A stretch of DNA of 32,000 bases. Origin: Longivirga aurantiaca (GTDB lineage: Bacteria; Actinomycetota; Actinomycetes; S36-B12; CAIYMF01). The translations under genes and the position numbers were made by a program. A model generated the notes under the pieces. The model was given only the letters and a program-made list of their open reading frames with translations. It had not been told where the DNA came from and searched no databases. Positions 1 through 9,244 of this stretch are shown here, piece by piece. Where the stretch lies: contig NZ_JBHSTI010000002.1 of the NCBI RefSeq assembly GCF_042660085.1, positions 510,001 through 542,000 of the forward strand, read 5' to 3'. Numbering within the stretch: the stretch's first letter is position 1; each line of letters opens with the position of its first letter.

Positions 1-1
1 C

Positions 2-1108
2 GCGGCAGGTGCGTCGTCGACCGTCCTCACCGCCGTGCTCGACGACCCCACGGGCTACGGCCGCGTGCTGCGCGACGGCGACTCCGTGACCGCGATCGTC
101 GAGCACAAGGACGCCGACGACTCCCAGCGCGCGGTGCGCGAGGTCAACAGCGGCGTGTACGCGTTCGACGCCGCAGCCCTCCGCGACGCGCTCGGCCGCC
201 TCACGACCGACAACGTGCAGGGCGAGGAGTACCTCACCGACGTGCTCGGGCTGCACGTCGCGTCCGGGCTCGTCGTCGCGGCGGTGACGGCGGACGACGC
301 GAACGAGACCCTCGGCGTCAACGACCGCGTGCAGCTGGCCGAGGCACGCGCCCTGCTCCGCGACCGCACCAACACCGGCTGGATGCGGGCGGGCGTCACG
401 ATCGTCGACCCCGCCACCACCTGGATCGACTCCGACGTCGTCCTCGCGCCCGACTGCGTGGTCGAGCGCAACACCGGCCTGCACGGCCGCACCACCATCG
501 CGCGCGGCGCCGTCGTCGGCCCCGACACCACGCTCATCGACGTCGTCGTCGGCGAGGGCGCGAGCGTCCTGCGCAGCCAGGTCACGTCCGCCGACATCGG
601 CGCGGGCGCCACGGTCGGCCCGTTCACGTTCGTCCGGCCTGGCACCGTGCTCGGCCCGAAGGCCAAGCTCGGCGCCTACGTCGAGGCCAAGAACGCCGTC
701 ATCGGCGAGGGCTCCAAGGTGCCGCACCTGTCGTACGTCGGCGATGCGGAGATCGGCGTCGGCTCCAACCTGGGCGCCGGCACGATCACGGTGAACTACG
801 ACGGCATCGACAAGCACCGCACGGTGATCGGCGACCACGTGCGCGTGGGCAGCGACTCCATGCTCATCGCGCCCGTGACGGTCGGGGACGGCGCCTACAC
901 GGCGGCCGGCTCGGTCGTCACCGACGCCGTGCCGCCGGGCGCCATGGCCGTGGCGCGCGCCCGCCAGCGCAACATCGAGGGCTGGGTCGAGCGGCGACGC
1001 CCGGGCAGCCCCGCTGCTGAGGCGGCTGCTGCCGCCAAGGCCCACCACGCTTCCGGGACGGCGACCGCCGACCCCGGTGACAGCACGCACGAGGAGCAGG
1101 CCCAGTGA
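2..1108 (+). CDS. glmU: bifunctional UDP-GlcNAc pyrophosphorylase / GlcN-1-P N-acetyltransferase GlmU, 5'-truncated by window edge
   Basis: The reading frame of ORF 35..1108 stays open to nt 2. The translation shows the end of a nucleotidyltransferase domain (GYGRV, EEYLTDV), then long left-handed beta-helix hexapeptide repeats and the NYDG-x-x-KH-x-T-x-IGD segment typical of GlmU. prs follows directly, as in mycobacteria. Confidence 0.9.
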   Translation, partial: AAGASSTVLTAVLDDPTGYGRVLRDGDSVTAIVEHKDADDSQRAVREVNSGVYAFDAAALRDALGRLTTDNVQGEEYLTDVLGLHVASGLVVAAVTADDANETLGVNDRVQLAEARALLRDRTNTGWMRAGVTIVDPATTWIDSDVVLAPDCVVERNTGLHGRTTIARGAVVGPDTTLIDVVVGEGASVLRSQVTSADIGAGATVGPFTFVRPGTVLGPKAKLGAYVEAKNAVIGEGSKVPHLSYVGDAEIGVGSNLGAGTITVNYDGIDKHRTVIGDHVRVGSDSMLIAPVTVGDGAYTAAGSVVTDAVPPGAMAVARARQRNIEGWVERRRPGSPAAEAAAAAKAHHASGTATADPGDSTHEEQAQ

Positions 1109-2085
1109 CCGGCATCGTCCAGACCAGCCAGAAGCGGCTCGTCCTCATCGGGGGCCGCTCGCACCCCGAGCTCTCCGAGCACGTGGCGAAGGAGCTCGGC
1201 GTCGAGCTCGTCGACACGCAGGCGTACGACTTCGCCAACGGCGAGATCTTCGTGCGCTTCGAGGAGTCGGTGCGAGGCTGCGACGCGTTCGTGCTGCAGA
1301 GCCACACCGAGCCGATCAACAAGTGGATCATGGAGCAGCTGCTCATGGTCGACGCGCTCAAGCGCGCCTCGGCCAAGCGCATCACCGTGGTCATGCCGTT
1401 CTACGGCTACGCGCGCCAGGACAAGAAGCACCGCGGCCGCGAGCCGATCTCGGCCCGCCTCATCGCCGACCTGTTCCGCACCGCGGGCGCCGACCGCCTC
1501 ATGGCCGTCGACCTGCACACCGCGCAGATCCAGGGCTTCTTCGACGGCCCCGTCGACCACCTCTTCGCGCTGCCGCTGCTGGTGAAGTACGTCGCCCAGC
1601 ACATCGACCGGAACGAGATCACCGTCGTGTCGCCGGATGCCGGGCGCGTGCGCGTGGCCGAGCGCTGGACCGACCTGCTCGGCGCACCGCTGGCGATCAT
1701 CCACAAGCGTCGCGATCCGGACGTGCCCAACGAGGCGAAGGTCTTCGAGGTCGTCGGCGACGTCGAGGGCCGCATCTGCGTCGTCATCGACGACATGATC
1801 GACACCGGCGGCACGATCGTGAAGGCGGCCGAGCAGCTCTTCGAGAACGGTGCCAAGGACGTGATCGTCGCGGCGACGCACGCGATCCTGTCGGGTCCTG
1901 CCAAGGAGCGGTTCGAGAACAGCCGCGTGCGTCAGGTCATCGTGACCGACACGCTGCCGATCCCCGAGGAGCGCAGGTTCGACAAGCTCCTCGTGCTGCC
2001 GGTCGCGCCCCTGATCGCGCGCGCGATCCAGGAGGTCTTCACCGACGGCTCGGTCACCAGCATGTTCGAGGGCGACCGCGTCTGA
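1105..2085 (+). CDS. prs: ribose-phosphate pyrophosphokinase (PRPP synthetase)
   Basis: 326 aa. The N-terminus ([18 protein letters not shown]...[15 protein letters not shown]) and the PRPP-binding loop ([12 protein letters not shown]) are typical of Prs. The GTG start overlaps the glmU stop (GTGA at 1105-1108). Confidence 0.95.
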   Translation: MTGIVQTSQKRLVLIGGRSHPELSEHVAKELGVELVDTQAYDFANGEIFVRFEESVRGCDAFVLQSHTEPINKWIMEQLLMVDALKRASAKRITVVMPFYGYARQDKKHRGREPISARLIADLFRTAGADRLMAVDLHTAQIQGFFDGPVDHLFALPLLVKYVAQHIDRNEITVVSPDAGRVRVAERWTDLLGAPLAIIHKRRDPDVPNEAKVFEVVGDVEGRICVVIDDMIDTGGTIVKAAEQLFENGAKDVIVAATHAILSGPAKERFENSRVRQVIVTDTLPIPEERRFDKLLVLPVAPLIARAIQEVFTDGSVTSMFEGDRV

Positions 2086-2092
2086 CCCGCTC

Positions 2093-2108
2093 CTAGTGCC
2101 GGCACTAG
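2093..2108. terminator. perfect 16-nt palindrome CTAGTGCCGGCACTAG between convergent prs and PIG-L genes (possible bidirectional terminator)
   Basis: Read directly from the sequence. It starts 8 nt after the prs TGA (2083-2085) and contains the TAG stop (complement of 2105-2107) of the minus-strand gene. The stem is short and there is no U-tract. Confidence 0.3.
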
Positions 2109-2827
2109 CCCGGCATCACGGAGATGAAGAACCCCTCGGCGAGGCGACCGTCGGGGAATCCGGCCTCGGCGGCGAGGCCGGCGCCCCACCCGCGCACGAA
2201 GCCCTCGAGGTCGGGCATGTGGGCGGTCTGCGACTCGTGCGCGCGCAGCGCCTCGATCTTGCGCGCGAAGGTGTCCGTGACGTCGACGTAGTGCGTCCGC
2301 GTCGGGTGGCCCATCACCCAGACCTCCTGCACCGACCAGGCGTCGAGGCCCTCGTCGTCGAGCAGCGACGGGTGCGCGAACGGGTTGCGCGCGTCCGGGT
2401 AGACGGCCTGGATCGCGGCCTCGCCCGCGGCCATGTGGTCGGGGTGCGACGCCGGGATCCGCTCCCAGTTCCGCTCCGGGGTCTGGATGAGCATGCGCTG
2501 CGGACGAACCTGCCGGATGACACGTGAGATGTCGCGGCGCAGGCCGTGCGTGACCGTCAGCTCGCCGTCGCGGTAGCCGAGGAACCGGACGTCGGTCACG
2601 CCCGTGGCGGCCGCGGCAGCCACCTGCTCGGCGCGGCGGATCCGCGGGATCTCCGAGCGGGGGACGGCCGGGTCGAAGCCGCCGGCGTCGCCGTCGGTGA
2701 TGACGCAGTAGGTGACCTCGACCCCCGCATCCACCCAGCCGGCGATCGTGCCGGAGGCGCCGAAGTCGACGTCGTCCGGGTGGGCGGTGACGACCAGGAC
2801 GCGGGACACCTCGGTGTCGTCGAGCAC
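2105..2827 (-). CDS. PIG-L / LmbE family N-acetylglucosaminyl deacetylase-like protein
   Basis: 240 aa with the AHPDD-x-DFG motif (VVTAHPDDVDFG) and a later HPDH motif, hallmarks of the PIG-L/LmbE zinc deacetylase fold. GTG start is preceded by AGGAGG on the minus strand. Confidence 0.85.
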   Translation of the reverse strand: MLDDTEVSRVLVVTAHPDDVDFGASGTIAGWVDAGVEVTYCVITDGDAGGFDPAVPRSEIPRIRRAEQVAAAAATGVTDVRFLGYRDGELTVTHGLRRDISRVIRQVRPQRMLIQTPERNWERIPASHPDHMAAGEAAIQAVYPDARNPFAHPSLLDDEGLDAWSVQEVWVMGHPTRTHYVDVTDTFARKIEALRAHESQTAHMPDLEGFVRGWGAGLAAEAGFPDGRLAEGFFISVMPG

Positions 2828-2986
2828 GGTTCCTCCTCGTGGGGGCCGTCGCCCGGCGGCCCCGGCGTCCGGCTTCCGGGGACAACGCCCCGAGCAGCCC
2901 GTGCGATTCCGCCGTACGGGTCAACTGCCCGGTCATCGTAGGCGGCAGGACGAAAGTCGCCCGCCGGGGTGGCCGATGACCTCGGT

Positions 2987-4846
2987 ATGAGGACTCGATC
3001 TGCCGCCGCGCGCCCGCGTGCGGCCCGGGCGGCGGTCGGCGCTGCCGTGGCGGGCCTCGTCCTCGCGCTCGCCCCCGCCGGTCTCGCGCCCAGCTCCGCC
3101 GCCGTCGTGACGCCCGCGGCCGCGCCGAGGCCCGCGACCCCCGTCTTCACCTCCGCCATCGACACGACCGCGGACTACCAGGAGCAGAGCATCTGCTCGC
3201 CCACGGCCAAGCCGGGTGCCACCAAGCTGAAGGCGCTGCTGCAGGCCACCTACGGCAGCTACACGGTCGGCATCCCGCGGGACTGCGGCCAGGGCGGGAT
3301 CAGCGAGCACAAGGAGGGGCGCGCCCTCGACTGGATGGTGAATGCGCGCAACAGCGTCCAGAAGGCGAAGGCCACTGCCTTCCTCACCTGGCTGCTCGCC
3401 ACCGACAAGTACGGCAACGAGGCCGCGATGGCCCGCCGGCTCGGCGTGATGTACATCGGCTGGAACAACCAGATGTGGCGCGGCTACGACATCGGCCGCG
3501 GCTGGGACGAGCTCCGGGGCTGCTACGCGGCCAGCAAGGCCGGGACGGCGTACGACAATGAGTGCCACCGCAGCCACGTGCACATCTCGCTGACGTGGGA
3601 GGGCGCCATGGCGCTCACCTCGTTCTGGAGCGGCACGCCCGTCAACGAGACCTGCCGGTCGGGCTGGGGCCCTGAGCCGGGCGCGCCGGTCGCCGGCGGC
3701 GACCTCGTGCCGGTCACCCCGGTGCGGGTGCTCGACACTCGGACGGGCACCGGTCTCGACTCGCCGTGCCGCCTCGGCGCCCCGCGCTGGTCCGGCGACA
3801 CCCGCAGCCTCGTGCTCGACGTCGCCGGTGCCGGAGGCGTGCCGGACACCGGCGTCGCCACCGTGGCGCTGCGCGTGACCGCCTGGGGCTCGAGCGCGCC
3901 CCTGCCCACCCTCCGCGTCCGCGCCACCTCGGCGCACTCGCCGGTCCCCGCCGTGACCGCGCTGAGCACCGGCTCGTTCAGCTCCACCGTCGTCGTCCCC
4001 GTCGCAGCCGACGGCACGGTGCGGCTCTCGCTCGACCGCGGCACGACCGAGGCCCGGGTCGAGGTCGTGGCGTGGGCCCCGCCGCTCTCGCCCACCGTCG
4101 CCGGGGCGACGGCCGCTGCCGTGTCGGCCAGCGGACCGACCCGACTCGTCAGCCCGACGACGGTCGTGGACGGCACCCAGGCGCCGCTCGAGCCGGGGGA
4201 GACGCGCACGATCGACCTCTCCGGCCTCGGCGGGGTGCCCGGCAGCGACCTGCGCGGCCTGGCGGTCACGGTGGTCACGGCGAAGTCGGGGTCCTCCGGC
4301 GTCGTGAACGTGTACAGCCCCGCCTCGTCGTACGTCGTGGGCCAGGTGCGGGTGTCGACCGCGCTGCAGCGATCCGCGCCGATGATCGTTCCGACGACCG
4401 ACGGGCGCCTCGTGCTCAAGAACGCGTCGGCCTCGCCCGTGGCGGTCTCGGTGAAGCTCCAGGGGTGGTTCGCCTCGGCGTCCACCACCGGTGGTGCCCG
4501 CACCCGGATGCTGGCCCAGCCGATCACCGTCGTCGACTCGGCGCAGGACCTCGGGATCACCGGTGCGCTGCCCGCGGGCGTCTCGCGCGTCGTCAAGGTC
4601 GTCGGGAAGGCGGGGGTGCCGGTCGGCGCCCGGGCCGTCCTGCTGTCCGTGACCGCCACCGGCGGGGCGGCGTCCGGCACCCTCACGGTCTCCGGCTCGG
4701 GCTCGGTCCCTGCCGTCGCGTTCACCGCCGGCCGGGCCTCGCACGAGCTCGTCCTGATGCCGCTCACGAGCACCGGGAACGTGTCGTTCCTGACCTACGC
4801 GTCGGGCACCCACGTCCGCGCGGTCGTGGTGGGCTGGGCCTCCTGA
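2987..4846 (+). CDS. secreted protein: LAS-type (peptidase M15-like) metallopeptidase motifs followed by three tandem ~115-125 aa repeats
   Basis: Start placed at ATG 2987 (MRTRSAAARP..., signal-peptide-like hydrophobic stretch ending in SSAAVV); ORF track start is 2969. SEHKEGRALD (S-x-H-x-x-G-x-A-x-D, nt 3302-3331) and H-V-H (nt 3575-3583) match the LAS zinc-ligand pattern. Three C-terminal repeats each begin P-x-R/T-x-x-D and end V-x-V-x-x-W. Confidence 0.75.
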   Translation: MRTRSAAARPRAARAAVGAAVAGLVLALAPAGLAPSSAAVVTPAAAPRPATPVFTSAIDTTADYQEQSICSPTAKPGATKLKALLQATYGSYTVGIPRDCGQGGISEHKEGRALDWMVNARNSVQKAKATAFLTWLLATDKYGNEAAMARRLGVMYIGWNNQMWRGYDIGRGWDELRGCYAASKAGTAYDNECHRSHVHISLTWEGAMALTSFWSGTPVNETCRSGWGPEPGAPVAGGDLVPVTPVRVLDTRTGTGLDSPCRLGAPRWSGDTRSLVLDVAGAGGVPDTGVATVALRVTAWGSSAPLPTLRVRATSAHSPVPAVTALSTGSFSSTVVVPVAADGTVRLSLDRGTTEARVEVVAWAPPLSPTVAGATAAAVSASGPTRLVSPTTVVDGTQAPLEPGETRTIDLSGLGGVPGSDLRGLAVTVVTAKSGSSGVVNVYSPASSYVVGQVRVSTALQRSAPMIVPTTDGRLVLKNASASPVAVSVKLQGWFASASTTGGARTRMLAQPITVVDSAQDLGITGALPAGVSRVVKVVGKAGVPVGARAVLLSVTATGGAASGTLTVSGSGSVPAVAFTAGRASHELVLMPLTSTGNVSFLTYASGTHVRAVVVGWAS

Positions 4847-4890
4847 CCGGGCGGGGCGGCGTCGGCGCGCGCGCCTAGACTTGCCGCGCG

Positions 4891-7212
4891 ATGACCTCCC
4901 TCTTCGACGACCTCGGCCTCCCGACCCCCGAGCCCGAGCCGGCCGCTCCGGCCGCGCGGCCCGGGGTGCTCGACCTCGTGTCCGACCTCAACCCGCAGCA
5001 GCGCTCCGCCGTCGAGCACCGGGGCGGCCCGCTCCTCATCGTCGCGGGCGCCGGGTCGGGCAAGACCCGTGTGCTGACCCGTCGCATCGCGCACCTGCTC
5101 GCCACCGGCGACGCCAAGCCCGGCGAGATCCTCGCGATCACGTTCACCAACAAGGCGGCCGGCGAGATGCGCGAGCGCGTGGTCGACCTCGTCGGCAACC
5201 GCGCCCGCGTCATGTGGGTGTCCACCTTCCACTCGGCGTGCGTGCGGATCCTGCGCAAGGAGGCGCCCCGCCTCGGCATGACGTCGTCGTTCTCGATCTA
5301 CGACTCCGCCGACAGCCAGCGACTGATGACGCTCGTGTGCCGCGACCTCGACCTCGACCCCAAGCGCTACCCGCCGCGCGGCTTCAGCAACCAGGTCTCC
5401 AACCTGAAGAACGAGCTCATCGACCACGAGACGTTCGCGGGCCAGGCCACCAACCACCAGGAGAAGACGCTCGCGGAGGCGTACGGCGAGTACCAGCGCC
5501 GCCTGCGCCGGGCGAACGCCTTCGACTTCGACGACCTGATCTCCTCGACCGTCGCGGTGCTGCAGCTCTTCCCCGACGTCGCCGAGCACTACCACCGGCG
5601 CTTCCGGCACGTGCTCGTCGACGAGTACCAGGACACCAACCACGCGCAGTACGTCCTCGTGAACGAGCTCGTGGGCAAGGGCGACGACGGCGTACCGCCC
5701 GGCCAGCTCTGCGTCGTCGGCGACGCCGACCAGAGCATCTACGCCTTCCGCGGCGCGACGATCCGCAACATCGAGGAGTTCGAGCGCGACTACCCGGACG
5801 CCACCACCGTCCTCCTCGAGCAGAACTACCGCTCGACCCAGAACATCCTCACCGCCGCCAACGCCGTCATCACCCGCAACACCGCGCGCCGTCCCAAGCG
5901 GCTCTGGACCGACGCCGGGTCCGGAGCGCAGATCATCGGCTACGTCGCCGACAACGAGCACGACGAGGCCAGCTTCGTCGCCACCGAGATCGACCGGCTC
6001 TCCGACGAGGAGGGCGTGCCCGCCCGCGACGTCGCGGTGTTCTACCGCACCAACGCGCAGTCGCGGTCGCTGGAGGAGGTCTTCATCCGCGTCGGCCTGC
6101 CGTACAAGGTGGTCGGCGGCGTCCGCTTCTACGAGCGCAAGGAGATCCGGGACGCGGTCGCCTATCTGCGAGCGCTGGCGAACCCTGCCGACGACATCTC
6201 GCTGCGCCGGATCCTCAACGTGCCCAAGCGCGGGATCGGCGACCGCGCCGAGGCTGTCGTCGAGCTGCTCGCCCAGCGCGAGCGCACCACGTTCGGCGAG
6301 GCGCTCGCCCGTGCGTCCGAGGCGCCGATGATCGCGACGCGCTCGCTCACGCAGATCCAGTCGTTCGTGCAGCTCATGTCCGACCTGCGCACGCTCGTCG
6401 AGGCCGGCTCCGGCCCGGCCACCGTGCTCGCCGCCGTGCTCGAGCAGACCGGCTACCTCGCCGAGCTGCAGCGCAGCACGGACCCGCAGGACGAGACGCG
6501 CGTCGAGAACCTCGCCGAGCTCGAGTCGGTCGCGCGCGAGTTCGAGACCGAGAACCCCGAGGGCACGCTCACCGAGTTCCTCGAGCGCGTCTCGCTCGTC
6601 GCGGACTCCGACGACATCCCGGACGCCGAGGAGCACGGCGGCGTCGTCACGCTCATGACGCTGCACACCGCCAAGGGCCTCGAGTTCCCGGTCGTGTTCC
6701 TCACGGGCATGGAGGACGGCGTCTTCCCGCACATGCGCTCGCTCGGCGACACCCGCGAGCTCGAGGAGGAGCGGCGCCTCGCCTACGTCGGCATCACGCG
6801 CGCGCGTCAGCGGCTCTACGTCTCGCGCGCGATCGTGCGGTCCGCGTGGGGTGCGCCGTCGTTCAACCCGCCGAGCCGGTTCCTCGACGAGGTGCCGTCC
6901 GAGCTCCTCGACTGGAGGCGCGAGGACCCGGTCTCGACCGGCGGCGGCTTCAACGCCCAGCGCGCGTCGTCGGGCGGCTTCGGCTCGGCGCCCTCGCTCG
7001 TCGCGGCAGCCACGCGTCCGGGCGCGCGCAGCCCCGGCAACCGCGAGGTCGTGAGCCTGTCCGCCGGCGACCGCGTCACGCACGACAAGTTCGGGCTCGG
7101 CACCGTGGTGTCGACGTCCGGCATGGGGGAGAAGTCCGAGGCCACGATCGACTTCGGCGCCGAGGGCACCAAGCGCCTGCTCCTGCGCTACGCCCCCGTC
7201 GAGAAGCTCTAG
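4891..7212 (+). CDS. pcrA: ATP-dependent DNA helicase PcrA/UvrD1 (SF1)
   Basis: 773 aa. Shows Walker A AGAGSGKT, motif II VDEYQDTN, TLHTAKGLEF and VGITRAR (motif VI), plus a C-terminal Tudor-like tail (GDRVTHDKFGLGTV). Confidence 0.95.
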   Translation: MTSLFDDLGLPTPEPEPAAPAARPGVLDLVSDLNPQQRSAVEHRGGPLLIVAGAGSGKTRVLTRRIAHLLATGDAKPGEILAITFTNKAAGEMRERVVDLVGNRARVMWVSTFHSACVRILRKEAPRLGMTSSFSIYDSADSQRLMTLVCRDLDLDPKRYPPRGFSNQVSNLKNELIDHETFAGQATNHQEKTLAEAYGEYQRRLRRANAFDFDDLISSTVAVLQLFPDVAEHYHRRFRHVLVDEYQDTNHAQYVLVNELVGKGDDGVPPGQLCVVGDADQSIYAFRGATIRNIEEFERDYPDATTVLLEQNYRSTQNILTAANAVITRNTARRPKRLWTDAGSGAQIIGYVADNEHDEASFVATEIDRLSDEEGVPARDVAVFYRTNAQSRSLEEVFIRVGLPYKVVGGVRFYERKEIRDAVAYLRALANPADDISLRRILNVPKRGIGDRAEAVVELLAQRERTTFGEALARASEAPMIATRSLTQIQSFVQLMSDLRTLVEAGSGPATVLAAVLEQTGYLAELQRSTDPQDETRVENLAELESVAREFETENPEGTLTEFLERVSLVADSDDIPDAEEHGGVVTLMTLHTAKGLEFPVVFLTGMEDGVFPHMRSLGDTRELEEERRLAYVGITRARQRLYVSRAIVRSAWGAPSFNPPSRFLDEVPSELLDWRREDPVSTGGGFNAQRASSGGFGSAPSLVAAATRPGARSPGNREVVSLSAGDRVTHDKFGLGTVVSTSGMGEKSEATIDFGAEGTKRLLLRYAPVEKL

Positions 7213-7213
7213 C

Positions 7214-7275
7214 CGCCTCACGCACTCAAGTGCCAGAAAACCCCTGTGGTTTCTGGCACTTCGGTGCGTGAGGCG
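7214..7275. repeat. palindromic element copy A (arms 7214-7242 / 7248-7275, loop CCTGT)
   Basis: CGCCTCACGCAC-TC-AAGTGCCAGAAAACC / GGTTTCTGGCACTT-CG-GTGCGTGAGGCG, read directly. It begins 2 nt after the pcrA TAG. Nt 7217-7275 align ungapped with 8314-8372 at about 51/59 positions (hand count). Confidence 0.85.
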
Positions 7276-7327
7276 ATCCTGTGGACGACGTCAGCGCGAC
7301 GACGCGGGCTCCCGGCACGGTTGTCGT

Positions 7328-8317
7328 ATGGGAGCCCATGCCGCCTCGCACGCCCGGGTCAGCGCGTTGGTCGAACGTCTCGGTATCGGGCCGTGGCGTC
7401 TGGCTGAGGTGGAGGCCGCGGGCTGGACGCGCAAGCAGATCCGCTGGGCCGTCGACAACGGCCGGCTGGCACGCCCCTCGCGCGGGCTCGTGGCACCTGT
7501 CGACGTCGCGGGCGAGGCCCTCCTGGTCCAGCGGTGCCTCGCGGCTCTGGCCGTGGCCCCTCGCGGGTCAGCGGTGAGCCACCGGACCGCCTCGGAGCTC
7601 GACCGGCTGTGGCTGCCCCAGGGGATCGACGACCTCGTGCACCTGACGTGCCCGGGCATCCCGGATCGCGACGACCACGGTGTGCGCCTTCATGGTTCGG
7701 CCCTCGACACGCGCTGGGTCGACGACCGGCACGGCATGCCGGTCTCGGTCACCGAGCGAGCGGCGGTCGACATCGCCCGTGGCCGTGCCTTCGACCAGGC
7801 GCTCATGGTGCTCGACTCGGCAGCGCGGGCGCTGGTGATCGCGGAGGCAGGCGACGACCGCGTCCTGCGTGATCCGTCGCGCCGGTCGCCGTACGCCGAT
7901 CGCGCCCGGGAACGGCTGTCGCTCGCGTACGACTCCGTGGCCGGCTGGCCGGGCACGCGCGTGGTGCGGCTGGCGCTCCCGTACGTCGATCCCTGCTCGG
8001 AGTCGCCGTTCGAGAGCTCGTCGCGCGGGCACATCCTGCGGTCGAGGGTCCCGCCGCCGGAGCTCGCGGTCCCGCTCCGCGGGGCCTCCGGGAAGCGCTA
8101 CTTCGCCGACTTCCTGTGGCGGCAGCACCGGCTCATCGGCGAGGCGGACGGATGGAGCAAGTACAGGACGGGCATCGCGACCCGCGACGCGCTGCGTGCC
8201 GAGCGCGAGCGTCAACGTGACCTGGAGGCCGCCGGCTGGCGCTTCGTGCGCTGGGACCCGGCCGACCCGCCGCGCGTCGTGATCGCGCGCATCGCCGCCG
8301 CCCTCGGCCTCGTCTGA
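7328..8317 (+). CDS. AbiEi-like wHTH N-terminal domain / DUF559 (Vsr-like endonuclease fold) C-terminal domain protein
   Basis: ATG 7328 is preferred because the track start GTG 7268 lies inside palindrome A. The N-terminus (AEVEAAGWTRKQIRWAVDNGRLARPSRGLVAP) resembles AbiEi_4-type wHTH domains. The C-terminus (YFADFLW...IGEADGWSKY...RERQRDLEAAGWRFVRWD) resembles DUF559/PD-(D/E)XK-like domains common in actinobacteria. Confidence 0.75.
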   Translation: MGAHAASHARVSALVERLGIGPWRLAEVEAAGWTRKQIRWAVDNGRLARPSRGLVAPVDVAGEALLVQRCLAALAVAPRGSAVSHRTASELDRLWLPQGIDDLVHLTCPGIPDRDDHGVRLHGSALDTRWVDDRHGMPVSVTERAAVDIARGRAFDQALMVLDSAARALVIAEAGDDRVLRDPSRRSPYADRARERLSLAYDSVAGWPGTRVVRLALPYVDPCSESPFESSSRGHILRSRVPPPELAVPLRGASGKRYFADFLWRQHRLIGEADGWSKYRTGIATRDALRAERERQRDLEAAGWRFVRWDPADPPRVVIARIAAALGLV

Positions 8318-8373
8318 CGCACGGAAGTGCCACGAAACCCCTGCGGTTTATGGCACTTCGGTGGGTGAGGCGG
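8314..8373. repeat. palindromic element copy B (arms ~8316-8339 / 8345-8373, loop CCTGC); likely bidirectional terminator
   Basis: GACGCACGGAAGTGCCACGAAACC / GGTTTATGGCACTTCGGTGGGTGAGGCGG. It overlaps the TGA (8315-8317) of the upstream gene and ends 2 nt before the M23 stop (complement of 8375-8377). Confidence 0.85.
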
Positions 8374-8374
8374 C

Positions 8375-9244
8375 TTAGAAGGAGTACTGGCCGAGGGTCT
8401 CGTAGGGCTGGACGGTGCCCTGGGTCCAGCCCGGGATCGAGCCCGGGCGGCCGCGGGTGCTGCCCCAGAGGAACGTTGCAGGGTCGGTGGGCTGGTCCCA
8501 CAGCCGCACCTCGAAGTGCAGGTGCGGGCCCGAGGTGTTGCCCGAGGTGCCGACGGCGCCGATGCGCTCACCGGTCGAGACGCGCTCCCCGGCGCGGACC
8601 GACACCTGGGAGAGGTGGCAGTACCACGTGGTCACGCCGTTGCCGAGGTCGAGGATGATCATGCGGCCGTACGCCGGGTGCCATGCCGTCTTGGCCACGC
8701 GGGCGTCGTGCACGGCGACGACGGGAGTGCCGGTCGGCGCGCGGAAGTCCAGGCCCGTGTGGCGCCCGCTCGACCAGCCGCCGCGGGCGCCGAAGGCGGC
8801 CGAGAGCTGGTACGACGGGACCGGCGAGACGTAGAGCGCGGCGCGGGCCGCACGCGCGGCGGCCTGGCGCTTGCGGGCGGCGAGGCGGTCGGCCCGCTCC
8901 TTCCGCTCAGCGGCTGCCTTGCGCTCGCGCCAGGCCTTCTTCGCAGCGAGGTGGTCGATCGCGGCCTGGATCTCGGCGCCGGTCGTGATCGAGCGGATCG
9001 CGCCGGTCATCGCCAGCTTCGGCTGCGGCGCGGGGTCGAGCACAGCGGCATCGCCGGCGGAGAACAGCTCGTCCTGGTCGCGCGTCGGGTCGAGGAACGA
9101 TGCTGCGAGCGCGGCGGTGGGCTCGGCCTGCACGGACGCCGGAGGCGCGGCGGCGAGCCCGGCGCCGGTGAGCGCGAGCACAGCGCAACCGCCCGCGACG
9201 GCGAGGCCGTAGCGGGCGGAGAAGGGCGCTCGGGGTCCGGGCAC
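8375..9244 (-). CDS. secreted M23 family metallopeptidase with N-terminal coiled-coil-like region
   Basis: 289 aa with a signal-like N-terminus. M23 zinc motifs HTGLDF and GPHLHFEV are present, along with a lysine/arginine/alanine-rich helical segment (AAKKAWRERKAAAERKERADRLAARKRQAAARAA). Its position next to pcrA and sucC matches Rv0950c. Confidence 0.9.
   Translation of the reverse strand: MPGPRAPFSARYGLAVAGGCAVLALTGAGLAAAPPASVQAEPTAALAASFLDPTRDQDELFSAGDAAVLDPAPQPKLAMTGAIRSITTGAEIQAAIDHLAAKKAWRERKAAAERKERADRLAARKRQAAARAARAALYVSPVPSYQLSAAFGARGGWSSGRHTGLDFRAPTGTPVVAVHDARVAKTAWHPAYGRMIILDLGNGVTTWYCHLSQVSVRAGERVSTGERIGAVGTSGNTSGPHLHFEVRLWDQPTDPATFLWGSTRGRPGSIPGWTQGTVQPYETLGQYSF

Noticed and set aside
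4795-7221. 808-aa ORF on the minus strand antisense to pcrA. Similar very long antisense or off-frame ORFs include 2933..4813 (-), 15339..17087 (-), 18083..19582 (-), 27074..30073 (-), 30245..31942 (-), 24559..27843 (+), 13159..14796 (+) and 4881..7271 (+).
   Set aside because: Their translations are Arg/Gly/Pro/Ala-rich low-complexity strings typical of non-coding frames in ~73% GC DNA. Each overlaps a gene with clear family motifs and strong third-position GC bias in another frame.
7268-7327. GTG 7268 as start of the DUF559-type gene (track ORF 7268..8317)
   Set aside because: The GTG lies inside the right arm of palindrome A. The first 20 codons (MRRSCGRRQRDDAGSRHGCR) lack coding character. 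ATG 7328 gives a typical family N-terminus.
7214-8373. CRISPR array or MITE/IS interpretation of the two palindromic repeats
   Set aside because: There are only two copies, separated by a 1.1 kb protein-coding gene, so this is not a repeat-spacer array. No transposase, terminal inverted repeats of an IS, or short target-site duplication is visible. A REP-like family remains possible and is listed as the alternative in the finding.
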